Assembly (NCBI GenBank): GCA_045651105.1
Contig: JAZRRW010000067.1
Coordinates: 1 to 59,493, forward strand
Reading direction: 5' to 3'
DNA length: 59,493 bases
From: Lachnospiraceae bacterium
GTDB lineage: Bacteria; Bacillota; Clostridia; Lachnospirales; Lachnospiraceae
The notes beneath the pieces were generated by a model. The model was given only the letters and a program-made list of their open reading frames with translations. It searched no databases and was not told the origin of the DNA. Shown here in pieces: positions 9,469 through 17,041 of the stretch. A program made the position numbers and the translations under genes. Positions within the stretch are counted from its first letter, which is position 1; the number at the start of each line of letters is the position of its first letter.

Positions 9469-9534
9469 TTATTTGAATTTCTTACGATAAATAATACCAT
9501 GAATAGCTAGAGTTGTAAATGCTGCAAAGAGCAT
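9469..9534 (-). CDS. Possible 21-aa hydrophobic/basic micropeptide (MLFAAFTTLAIHGIIYRKKFK)
   Basis: ATG lies 8 nt downstream of GAGGA and 21 nt after the stop of the Lys-rich gene. The call is speculative. Confidence 0.2.
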   Translation of the reverse strand: MLFAAFTTLAIHGIIYRKKFK

Positions 9535-9555
9535 ATTAATGACGTCCTCACTTCA

Positions 9556-9876
9556 TTATAATAAATGTACCGGCATTTCTTCTGTCAGTCGACAAGCTTC
9601 ATTGCCTTTCTTTTGCTTTATCGGCTCTGCAGCCGGTGCTTTCTTTTCCTTCTTTACAGTCGTTTTCTCAACTGCTGCCTTCTTTGCTGCTGGCTTTCTG
9701 GTTGTGGTCGTCTTCGTCGCCTTTACAGGTGCGGTCACATCCTTTTCAGGTTGGGACTGCTCCTCCACAACTGTAGTCTTCGGCTCCACCTGTACCTCTT
9801 CGATTACTGCCTTCTTGGTGGTTGCTTCTGCATTTGCCTTTGATGCTCTTTTAATACTTCCTGCTCCTACTGCCAT
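9556..9876 (-). CDS. Lys/Thr/Ala/Glu-rich low-complexity protein (106 aa), candidate ParA partner
   Basis: The ATG overlaps the ParA stop (ATATGGCAGTAG), with AAGGAG upstream. It has 19 Lys, many Glu/Thr/Ala and no Phe, Trp or Tyr, including PAAKKAAVEKTTVKKEKKAPAAEP. Plus-strand ORFs over the same span are mirror artefacts. Confidence 0.6.
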   Translation of the reverse strand: MAVGAGSIKRASKANAEATTKKAVIEEVQVEPKTTVVEEQSQPEKDVTAPVKATKTTTTRKPAAKKAAVEKTTVKKEKKAPAAEPIKQKKGNEACRLTEEMPVHLL

Positions 9877-10658
9877 ATGCTATCAATCTCCTTTGCAAGC
9901 TCCATATATTCTCCGGCGCTTCGTGCCTTTGCTTTGTGAACCAGCACAGGCTTACTGTCGTCCTGAGCCCACTCCACTTCACTGTCCACGCGGATAATAT
10001 TCTGAAAAACGTGTACATTGTCTGCGGAACGTAAGGTTTCGCATGTTTGCTTGTAATAATTTTTACGGGCGTCTACCTTGGTAATAGCTATGCCCAAAAG
10101 CTCCAAATTCTCATTGATGCGGCGAACATCCTCCAAAAATTCGAACATGTTGGCCACACCGAACAATCCCCACGGACTGGCCTCTACCGGCATGATCACA
10201 TAGTTTGATGCGCAGAGTATATTCATAACCCAGCCACCCAGTGTAGGAGGCGCATCTATCAGAATATAGTCATACAGATTAGATTCCTTAATACTTTTCA
10301 GACAGTTTTTTAAAATAAACTCCCTCTGCCATTTGGTAAAAAGCTCGTACTCCATACCACTCATCAACATGGAAGAGGGTATGAGATCCAGATTTTCATA
10401 AGGAGTAGGGATAATGTACTCCTTTAAGTCCTCCTGCTTTTTGATGGCATGATAAAGATTGCGTTCACTGGCTGCCAGCTCCAACACTTGGTCCTCTGTA
10501 AAAAAGGACAGGGACAGATTCAGCTGCATATCTCCGTCTATCAAAAGAACCTTCCTTCCCATGGTTGCCAAAGAGTAACCTATATTCGCACAGGAAGTGG
10601 TTTTGCCACTACCGCCTTTATTGTTTGCAAATGCTATGATTTTAGTTTTCTTCTCCAT
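9867..10658 (-). CDS. ParA/MinD-family P-loop ATPase
   Basis: MEKKTKIIAFANNKGGSGKTT carries the deviant Walker A KGGxGKT with the signature Lys. LLIDGDMQ and ILIDAPP motifs are present. Start chosen at M16. Its ATG lies inside the last codons of the DeoR gene (17-nt overlap). Confidence 0.85.
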   Translation of the reverse strand: MEKKTKIIAFANNKGGSGKTTSCANIGYSLATMGRKVLLIDGDMQLNLSLSFFTEDQVLELAASERNLYHAIKKQEDLKEYIIPTPYENLDLIPSSMLMSGMEYELFTKWQREFILKNCLKSIKESNLYDYILIDAPPTLGGWVMNILCASNYVIMPVEASPWGLFGVANMFEFLEDVRRINENLELLGIAITKVDARKNYYKQTCETLRSADNVHVFQNIIRVDSEVEWAQDDSKPVLVHKAKARSAGEYMELAKEIDSIWQ

Positions 10659-11412
10659 ACAGACATTCAATCCCTTTATCCCTAAAATATTCCATCCATG
10701 CATCGGATGGACGTATGTCAGTTACTATCGTGTCAATATCTCTGATTTCACAAATCTGTGAAAAGGCTGCTTTGTCGAATTTGGTATGGTCTACAGCCAA
10801 TATTCTCATACCGGCTGAACGAAGCATGCTCTTTTTAACCTGTGAAAACATTTCATTGGTATCGGTAATGCCCTTATTCATATCGATTCCCTTACAGGAC
10901 ATTATGACCTTGTCAGCATTAAAAGTACTGATACTTTCTACTGCCTTCGGACCTACCAGTACCAGATAATTCTCCCAAATGGAGCCCCCGGTGGAAATAA
11001 CATTCCAACCCGGTACCTCCGCTACCTCTAACAGAACTTCTACGGAGTTAGTTACGATTGTAAGTCGGTTTTTGTCTTTGATAGCATTCACGATTGCTAC
11101 GGTAGTAGTACTTGGGTCCAGAATAATATGGTCGCCGTCAGCAATCATTCCGGCAACTATCTCTGCAATCATGCGTTTTCCACGCATATTTTTCTTTTTG
11201 CGGACGCTGAAAGGCATTTCCGTGTTACTATTTTCCACTAAAACGGCTCCACCATATGTCTTGGTCGCCAAGCCCATTTTTTCTAATTTGTCTAAGTCTC
11301 TTCTGATGGTTTCCTCAGACACATCAAACTGCTCGCTCAACTCACCTACTACTACACGTTTTTCGTCTTGAAGCTTCTCCAGTATCAGATTTCTTCTTTC
11401 TACTGCTAACAT
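10642..11412 (-). CDS. DeoR-family transcriptional regulator (sugar-phosphate sensing)
   Basis: 256 aa. N-terminal HTH RRNLILEKLQDEKRVVVGELSEQFDVSEETIRRDLDKLE plus a DeoR C-terminal sensor domain. Starts 17 nt after the PduT-like gene. Confidence 0.9.
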   Translation of the reverse strand: MLAVERRNLILEKLQDEKRVVVGELSEQFDVSEETIRRDLDKLEKMGLATKTYGGAVLVENSNTEMPFSVRKKKNMRGKRMIAEIVAGMIADGDHIILDPSTTTVAIVNAIKDKNRLTIVTNSVEVLLEVAEVPGWNVISTGGSIWENYLVLVGPKAVESISTFNADKVIMSCKGIDMNKGITDTNEMFSQVKKSMLRSAGMRILAVDHTKFDKAAFSQICEIRDIDTIVTDIRPSDAWMEYFRDKGIECLYGEEN

Positions 11413-11429
11413 AACCGGCTCCTTATAAA

Positions 11430-11978
11430 CTATAAAATAGACTTACAAAGCTGCGCGTCAGGACGTGCAATAACGGAAGAATCCAAAAACATGCCCCTTT
11501 CACCTACACTTACCTTTGCCTTCTGAATAGCCGCCTCACAGGCTGCCACTTCACCGGTAATCAACATGTAGGACTTGCCACACATACCCTTTGCAATACG
11601 CAGCTCAATGAGCTTGACAATTGCAGTCTTGGCTGCAATGTCGGCTGCTACAATAATAGATGCTGCGTCATAAGTCTCTAAAATGCCCAATGCATTAATT
11701 TCATCAATCTGGCTGCTACCGTAAATAGCAGGAAAAATGGATGCGTCCGGATTGCCCAACACGAAGCTTCCGATTAATTCGTCCGGTCTGGTTTTTTCTG
11801 CACGGTCTATAGCCGCTCTTACCGCACTTAAATCACCGGCAATCAGGGCAATGTACTTGCCCGGACATACGGTCTGCGCCTCTAACAATTCCACTTCAGA
11901 GGTCTTTACCATCTGATCTGCTGCAGTAATACCTGCTGAAACTGTCTTAAATTCAATCATTCCGATTGCTCTAGCCAT
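11430..11978 (-). CDS. pduT: BMC-T tandem-domain shell protein, PduT-like
   Basis: 182 aa with two BMC repeats (AIGMIEFKT..., ALGILETYD...). A Cys in TVCPGKY sits at the position of the PduT Fe-S ligand. Confidence 0.8.
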   Translation of the reverse strand: MARAIGMIEFKTVSAGITAADQMVKTSEVELLEAQTVCPGKYIALIAGDLSAVRAAIDRAEKTRPDELIGSFVLGNPDASIFPAIYGSSQIDEINALGILETYDAASIIVAADIAAKTAIVKLIELRIAKGMCGKSYMLITGEVAACEAAIQKAKVSVGERGMFLDSSVIARPDAQLCKSIL

Positions 11979-11988
11979 GTTCTATCCT

Positions 11989-13308
11989 CTACTTAATGAT
12001 AATATAATCCTTAGTTACTTCCTGTACAACACCTGAAATAGATGCATGAATATTTACAGACAGACCCTCTGCTGCCTTACCTACCACATCACCGGCAGAC
12101 ACAGCATCTCCCACGCTTACCACTGTAGCTGCAGGTGCACCAATATGCTGAGACAACATAATTTTAACTTCCTTTGCATTTCTGGAAGAATCATCCAGCT
12201 TTGCAGGCTTATCATACTCTCCTAAGCCCAATCTTGCAAGCAGTCTGCCCTCCCAGGCTCTGCGGTATTCTCGAGAAGCCTTTACCGGTGCCGCCTCTAC
12301 TACAGGAGGCTTAATACTTGCCTTACGGAGACCGTTTTTGTACTCGTTAATCATAGTACGCGGAGAAAGTCCCTGCGGACAACTAAATAACTCACATAAA
12401 CCGCAGGCGCTGCAGAACATGGTATCCAAGAATGGTTCTAAATCCTGAAAATCCTGATTGGCTGCCGCCCTCATAAATAAATGAGGCTGTATCGGGTAAC
12501 CCAACGCAAATCTAGGGCAAAGATCCGTACATGTCTGACACTGACAACAGCTGGACGCTGCCCGTGCCACCGCGGTTTTAAACCGATTGGTCTTGCGGTA
12601 AACAAGCGTATGATCCTCCGGCAATACAATAATAGCGTTGGTAGTCTTGGTCACAGGCTGATAATCCTTGCCAAAGCTTCCCATCATAGGACCACCCAAC
12701 AAGTACACCGGCTTCTTGGTAGTGATACCTCCGGCCATGGCTACCACATCACGAATACGCATACCGATTGGTACACGAACGGTAATCGGGTTCGCCACTT
12801 CACCTACTACGGATACGTACTTCTCTGTAACTGGCTTGCCTTCCCAGACTGCCCGGTAAATATTGTACACGGTCTCTACGTTAAATACGGCCACACCGCT
12901 TTCAATCGGCAGACCGCCGGGACGCACTACTCTGCCTGTAGCTTCATAAATAAGGATGACTTCATCCCCCATTGGATATGCTCCCGGTAATTTATGTATA
13001 CGCATCATTGGGAACTCGTCCATATACTCTTCCAGTGCCTCAATGGTGCTCTTATATTCTTCTTTAATTCCAATAATCGCTTCTTTTGCCTGTACCGTTT
13101 CGGCAAGCAAGGCAAATGCTTTTAATATCTCATGTGCATGAACCTTTAACAGCTGTCTGTGCAGCTTTAACAATGGCTCGCATTCCGCACAGTTCATGAG
13201 AATGGTATCAGCCTTGTCGGAAAGCTTGCCGTAGGTAGGAAAACCTGCTCCGCCTGCTCCTACGATACCATTCTCTTTTAAGATTTTGCTTAAATTAGCA
13301 ATTTCCAT
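11989..13308 (-). CDS. pduS: PduS-like RnfC-type flavo-iron-sulfur protein
   Basis: 439 aa. GAGGAGFPT nucleotide/FMN motif, an SLBB-like region, and two Cys clusters CCQCQTCTDLCP and CSACGLCELFSCP. Confidence 0.8.
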   Translation of the reverse strand: MEIANLSKILKENGIVGAGGAGFPTYGKLSDKADTILMNCAECEPLLKLHRQLLKVHAHEILKAFALLAETVQAKEAIIGIKEEYKSTIEALEEYMDEFPMMRIHKLPGAYPMGDEVILIYEATGRVVRPGGLPIESGVAVFNVETVYNIYRAVWEGKPVTEKYVSVVGEVANPITVRVPIGMRIRDVVAMAGGITTKKPVYLLGGPMMGSFGKDYQPVTKTTNAIIVLPEDHTLVYRKTNRFKTAVARAASSCCQCQTCTDLCPRFALGYPIQPHLFMRAAANQDFQDLEPFLDTMFCSACGLCELFSCPQGLSPRTMINEYKNGLRKASIKPPVVEAAPVKASREYRRAWEGRLLARLGLGEYDKPAKLDDSSRNAKEVKIMLSQHIGAPAATVVSVGDAVSAGDVVGKAAEGLSVNIHASISGVVQEVTKDYIIIK

Positions 13309-13314
13309 AACCTG

Positions 13315-13590
13315 TTACCCCAATTTCCCGATGTCATCGATGATACCTACAATAGCGGCATCAATAGGAGAATCCGGCAACCCGCAGCCAATACGTGCTG
13401 CGCTGCCCTGAGCTACCAATACATACTCACCGATTCCGGCACCGATGTTGTCAATAGCTACCAGTCTGTTATGCTCTCCGTTCATCATACTAATCGGCTC
13501 AATTACCATGAACTTGTTACCAACCAGGTTATCCTGCTTGCGTGTGGAAACGATACTTCCTATTACTTTTCCAATAATCATTTCTATCAC
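13315..13590 (-). CDS. BMC-P pentameric vertex protein (EutN/CcmL/PduN family)
   Basis: 91 aa. MIIGKVIGSIVSTRK...LVAIDNIGAG...VLVAQGSAAR is typical of EutN/PduN. Confidence 0.9.
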   Translation of the reverse strand: MIEMIIGKVIGSIVSTRKQDNLVGNKFMVIEPISMMNGEHNRLVAIDNIGAGIGEYVLVAQGSAARIGCGLPDSPIDAAIVGIIDDIGKLG

Positions 13591-13614
13591 TCGTTTCTGA
13601 CTGTGTTTAAACTT

Positions 13615-14268
13615 CTATTTAATGACTACTACCTTGTCACCCTGCTTGATTTCACTGGCATTGGCTTCATCTGTGTCAATGTGCATTTCCAGCGTAAAGC
13701 TTTCATCTACACGGATTTTAACATTGTTAAAGGTAGTACCACGCTCATTTTCTACTTTTACGCTTACATAGTCGCCGTCATTTACTCCGCAAGCAGCGGC
13801 ATCAGCCGGTGACATGTGAATATGTCTGGCTGCTACGATACAGCCTTCGTTACAATAAACAGCTCCCTTAGGACCAACAATCGCGATAGGGGCAGAGCCT
13901 TTTACATCTCCTGATTCACGGATTGGCACATTGATGCCCAGCTTTCTGGCATCTGTGCTGCTGATCTCTACCTGTGTACTCTTACGGGCAGGACCTAACA
14001 CTCTGACATTTTCGATTGCACGCAGCTTTAAACCTACGATGGTACAGCATTCATTGCAGGCAAACTGTCCGCCCATCAGCTCCTTCTTCTTGGTAAGCTG
14101 ATATCCCGGACCAAACAAAGCCTCCACATGCTCCTGTGATAAATGAATGTGTCTGTTGCTGACACCTACAGGAACCAAAAATCCATTGCCCTTTTCCTTT
14201 TCCTGCTGCATACAGGATAATACTAACTTGGTTAAGGCTTCCAATTCATTTCTTTCCATGTTGTTCAC
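13615..14268 (-). CDS. pduL: Phosphate acyltransferase PduL with N-terminal encapsulation-type helix
   Basis: 217 aa. Duplicated PduL motif VPVGVSNRHIHLS / IVAARHIHMS. N-terminus reads ELEALTKLVLSCMQQ. Confidence 0.9.
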   Translation of the reverse strand: MNNMERNELEALTKLVLSCMQQEKEKGNGFLVPVGVSNRHIHLSQEHVEALFGPGYQLTKKKELMGGQFACNECCTIVGLKLRAIENVRVLGPARKSTQVEISSTDARKLGINVPIRESGDVKGSAPIAIVGPKGAVYCNEGCIVAARHIHMSPADAAACGVNDGDYVSVKVENERGTTFNNVKIRVDESFTLEMHIDTDEANASEIKQGDKVVVIK

Positions 14269-14292
14269 CTGTTACCCTTCTAATATTTGATA

Positions 14293-14342
14293 GTCAGCTA
14301 TAAAAAGTACAGCTGACCGGGAGCACCGAAAACGGTGCCCCC
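14293..14342 (-). promoter_or_regulatory. Two adjacent intercistronic hairpins after a BMC-H gene (RNA stabiliser or partial attenuator)
   Basis: gggagcaccg-aaaa-cggtgccccc and gtcagct-N11-agctgac. No clear U-run follows either on the minus strand. Confidence 0.4.
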
Positions 14343-14371
14343 AGCAACATATATATGTATGTCACCTATAC

Positions 14372-14650
14372 TTATTTGATAGCAGGAAGAATACCTTCAA
14401 CATCTGTGTGTGGACGTGGAATTACGTGCTGAGCTACTAACTCACCAAGTCTTTCAGCGTTCATAGCGCCTGCTTCTACTGCAGACTTAACTGCACCTAC
14501 ATCACCACGTACCATAACGGTTACTAAACCGGAACCGATCTTCTCAGTACCTACTAAAGTAACGTTTGCTGCCTTACACATTGTATCAGCTGCCTCGATA
14601 GCTGCTGTAAGTCCTCTTGTTTCTACCATTCCTAATGCTTCCTGTGCCAT
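14372..14650 (-). CDS. BMC-H hexameric shell protein (PduA/EutM-like)
   Basis: 92 aa. [27 protein letters not shown]...[11 protein letters not shown]. Confidence 0.9.
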   Translation of the reverse strand: MAQEALGMVETRGLTAAIEAADTMCKAANVTLVGTEKIGSGLVTVMVRGDVGAVKSAVEAGAMNAERLGELVAQHVIPRPHTDVEGILPAIK

Positions 14651-14716
14651 AGTTTTATCCTCCTTACTTATGTGCCAGAATTTGATAATATAAATTGTTA
14701 TGCTGCTTGCACAGCT

Positions 14717-14745
14717 ATTATACTGTATTTCTACAGTTATTTCCA
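14717..14745 (-). promoter_or_regulatory. Possible internal sigma-A promoter inside the BMC operon (TGGAAA-N17-TATAAT)
   Basis: On the minus strand, TGGAAA sits at 14745..14740 and TATAAT at 14722..14717. They lie in the 163-nt gap between two shell genes. Confidence 0.3.
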
Positions 14746-14813
14746 GATATTTTTATCTGTTTCCGGATTTATTTGCAGCTTTTTATTGCTGCAGGCGGCC
14801 TTACTGCCCAATA

Positions 14814-15113
14814 TTACTTTTTCTGCAGTCTCTTTGCGCTCTTTGCCACCAGCTTGCGTGTCTCCTCAGCAGGAGCAGCAATAATACCTGATGCCGCCAA
14901 AATATGATTATTTGCATTGCAAATGCCTGCAGCAGCTTCCACTGCTGCCTTTACGTCAGACACGGTACCTTCCACAATAATAGTAACCAATCGGCCACCC
15001 ATTTTGCGTTCCCAGGTAACCAGCTTTACATCTGCCGCCTTACACATTGCATCTAAAGAATCCATTGCAGCAACCACACCGGAAACCTCAATCAGTCCGT
15101 ATGAGCCACCCAT
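14814..15113 (-). CDS. BMC-H shell protein with basic C-terminal tail
   Basis: 99 aa. YGLIEVSGVVAAMDSLDAMCKAADV...IIVEGTVSDVK. The tail reads RKLVAKSAKRLQKK. Confidence 0.85.
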   Translation of the reverse strand: MGGSYGLIEVSGVVAAMDSLDAMCKAADVKLVTWERKMGGRLVTIIVEGTVSDVKAAVEAAAGICNANNHILAASGIIAAPAEETRKLVAKSAKRLQKK

Positions 15114-15118
15114 AGTTC

Positions 15119-15403
15119 TTATGCCTCAGGGAATCCCGGAAGAATCTTCTCAACGTCTGCATGTGGACGTGGAATAACGTGCTGAGCTACCAATTCACCA
15201 AGACGGCTTGCTGCTGCCGCACCGGATTCTACAGCTGCCTTCACAGCGCCTACATCACCACGTACCATAACTGTTACCAAACCGGAACCAATCTTCTCAG
15301 TACCTACTAAAGTAACCTCAGCAGACTTTGTCATTGCATCTGCAGCGTCAATTGCTGCTGTAAGTCCTCTTGTTTCTACCATTCCTAATGCTTCTTTTGC
15401 CAT
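15119..15403 (-). CDS. BMC-H hexameric shell protein (PduA/EutM-like)
   Basis: 94 aa, a close paralog of the 14372..14650 product. Confidence 0.9.
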   Translation of the reverse strand: MAKEALGMVETRGLTAAIDAADAMTKSAEVTLVGTEKIGSGLVTVMVRGDVGAVKAAVESGAAAASRLGELVAQHVIPRPHADVEKILPGFPEA

Positions 15404-15455
15404 TTTAATAGCCTCTCTTTCTTATAAAAACTCTTAATATAATATACTTTAATTT

Positions 15456-15773
15456 TTAATTTGTGTCAAATCCACAAATGTTTAACATTTTTAATGTGTC
15501 ACTGGTTGGTCTTGGGATTATATGACTTTGTACAACCCCTGTTGTCCTCTTTGCCATTTCAATTCCGGCTTCTACAGCTGCGGTTACATCCTCTACGCTG
15601 CCGCGGAACTTTATGGTTACCAAAAGCGGTACCTTCAAGGTTTCTGCATTTGCAGGCTTGTTCTTGTCAAAAGGCTCCAATGTAACATTGGCTGCCTTAC
15701 AGCCTGCGTCTGCTGCCATGAATGCACAAACAACTCCGTAGACCTCCAGGATACCTACTGCTCTTTCATCCAT
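15456..15773 (-). CDS. BMC-H variant shell protein with an internal insertion
   Basis: 105 aa. AVGILEVYGVVCAFMAADAGCKAANV, then the insert EPFDKNKPANAETLKVP, then IKFRGSVEDVTAAVEAG. Confidence 0.8.
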   Translation of the reverse strand: MDERAVGILEVYGVVCAFMAADAGCKAANVTLEPFDKNKPANAETLKVPLLVTIKFRGSVEDVTAAVEAGIEMAKRTTGVVQSHIIPRPTSDTLKMLNICGFDTN

Positions 15774-15807
15774 ATCAGCTTTCCTCTCTTAAAGTAACAC
15801 TTTCCGA

Positions 15808-17025
15808 TTAATCCATGAAAACTGCAACCTTAAGTCCGGTCATTGCAAGATTCTTCTTGTATGCTTCGTTAATCTCGCTTAACGGATATCTGTCAGTAAT
15901 CAGCTCGCTCATAGGAAGACCGATTGCCTTTGCACTCTTTAAGAACTCAAAGGTAGTTGCATAATCACGAAGTGTGTATACCCAGCTTCCTACGGTTGTG
16001 ATTTCCTTAGAGCAGATGTCAAAGTGAGGGTTGATGGTTGCATCACCGCCATTGATGAAGAAACCAAGCTCGCACAGACCGCCGCCCTGACGGATAAACT
16101 TGTAAATATTTGAGTGACCTACAGGAGAACCTGTACACTGGAATGCAAAGTCTGCAAGATGACCTTCAAACTTGTCATAAATGCCCTTTGCCATTTCCTC
16201 TGCACCCTTGTAATCCTTAAAGTTTACACTATCGCTTGCGCCAAGTCTCTTTGCAAACTCGAGACGGCCTTCATTACCATCAACTGCAATAATGTTGCCG
16301 ATACCCATAGTATGTAAAATAGCAATACAAATCAAACCGATCGGTCCACAGCCCTGTACTACAACGCGGCTGTTAAATCTTAAGATGCCTGTGGTCTTTG
16401 CACGCTCTACTGCGTGGATTAAAACGGCACATGGCTCGATTAAGATACGGGAATCCAAATCCAAATCACTTACGTTAAAGAATGTGGAACCCTTACGGCT
16501 AATCAGGATGTAATCTGCAAACCAGCCGTTAAGATGAATATCATCATCTGGAACCAGACCGTATACTTCCGCACCGTTACCAACGTTCTGCTTATTTAAG
16601 TCAAACATGGTGATGTCCGGGTCATCCTTGAAAATCATACAGGTAACAATCTTGTCACCAACCTTAACATCCTTGCCTGCGCTGTCCTTTTTGACATTCT
16701 TACCCATCTTTACGATTTCACCGGTACCTTCATGTCCTAAAGCTACAGGGATAAGACCAAATGGGTCGCGCTTGTATTCGTGAGCATCTGTACCACAGAT
16801 ACCACAGCCCTCAACCTTAACGAGGATGTCGTCATCGCCAACCTCCGGCATTGGGTATTCCTTAATTTCTACAGTTTCAAGAGCGGTAAGCATAGCAACA
16901 TGTGCTGTCTTAGGAATCTCCAGACTGCCTTTGGAAGCTACTACGTTCGCTGCAGGAGCAGAACCGCTTAACTGGCTTAATACCTGCTTTACAATAGCTT
17001 CAACCTGAGAACTATTCATATCCAT
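15808..17025 (-). CDS. Zn-dependent medium-chain (MDR) alcohol dehydrogenase with N-terminal encapsulation-type helix
   Basis: GCGICGTDAHE zinc motif and VQGCGPIGL Rossmann motif. Start set at the ATG at 17025, after AGGAGG (MDMNSSQVEAIVKQVLSQL). The longer ORF-track start would overlap the upstream gene. Confidence 0.85.
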   Translation of the reverse strand: MDMNSSQVEAIVKQVLSQLSGSAPAANVVASKGSLEIPKTAHVAMLTALETVEIKEYPMPEVGDDDILVKVEGCGICGTDAHEYKRDPFGLIPVALGHEGTGEIVKMGKNVKKDSAGKDVKVGDKIVTCMIFKDDPDITMFDLNKQNVGNGAEVYGLVPDDDIHLNGWFADYILISRKGSTFFNVSDLDLDSRILIEPCAVLIHAVERAKTTGILRFNSRVVVQGCGPIGLICIAILHTMGIGNIIAVDGNEGRLEFAKRLGASDSVNFKDYKGAEEMAKGIYDKFEGHLADFAFQCTGSPVGHSNIYKFIRQGGGLCELGFFINGGDATINPHFDICSKEITTVGSWVYTLRDYATTFEFLKSAKAIGLPMSELITDRYPLSEINEAYKKNLAMTGLKVAVFMD

Positions 17026-17041
17026 TATATTTTCCTCCTGT

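Noticed and set aside
9539-9997. 152-aa and 92-aa plus-strand ORFs across the Lys-rich gene
   Set aside because: They are mirror images of a low-complexity AAG/GCA-rich coding region. They have no RBS and run into the ParA gene antisense. The minus-strand frame is preferred because its start is coupled to the ParA stop.
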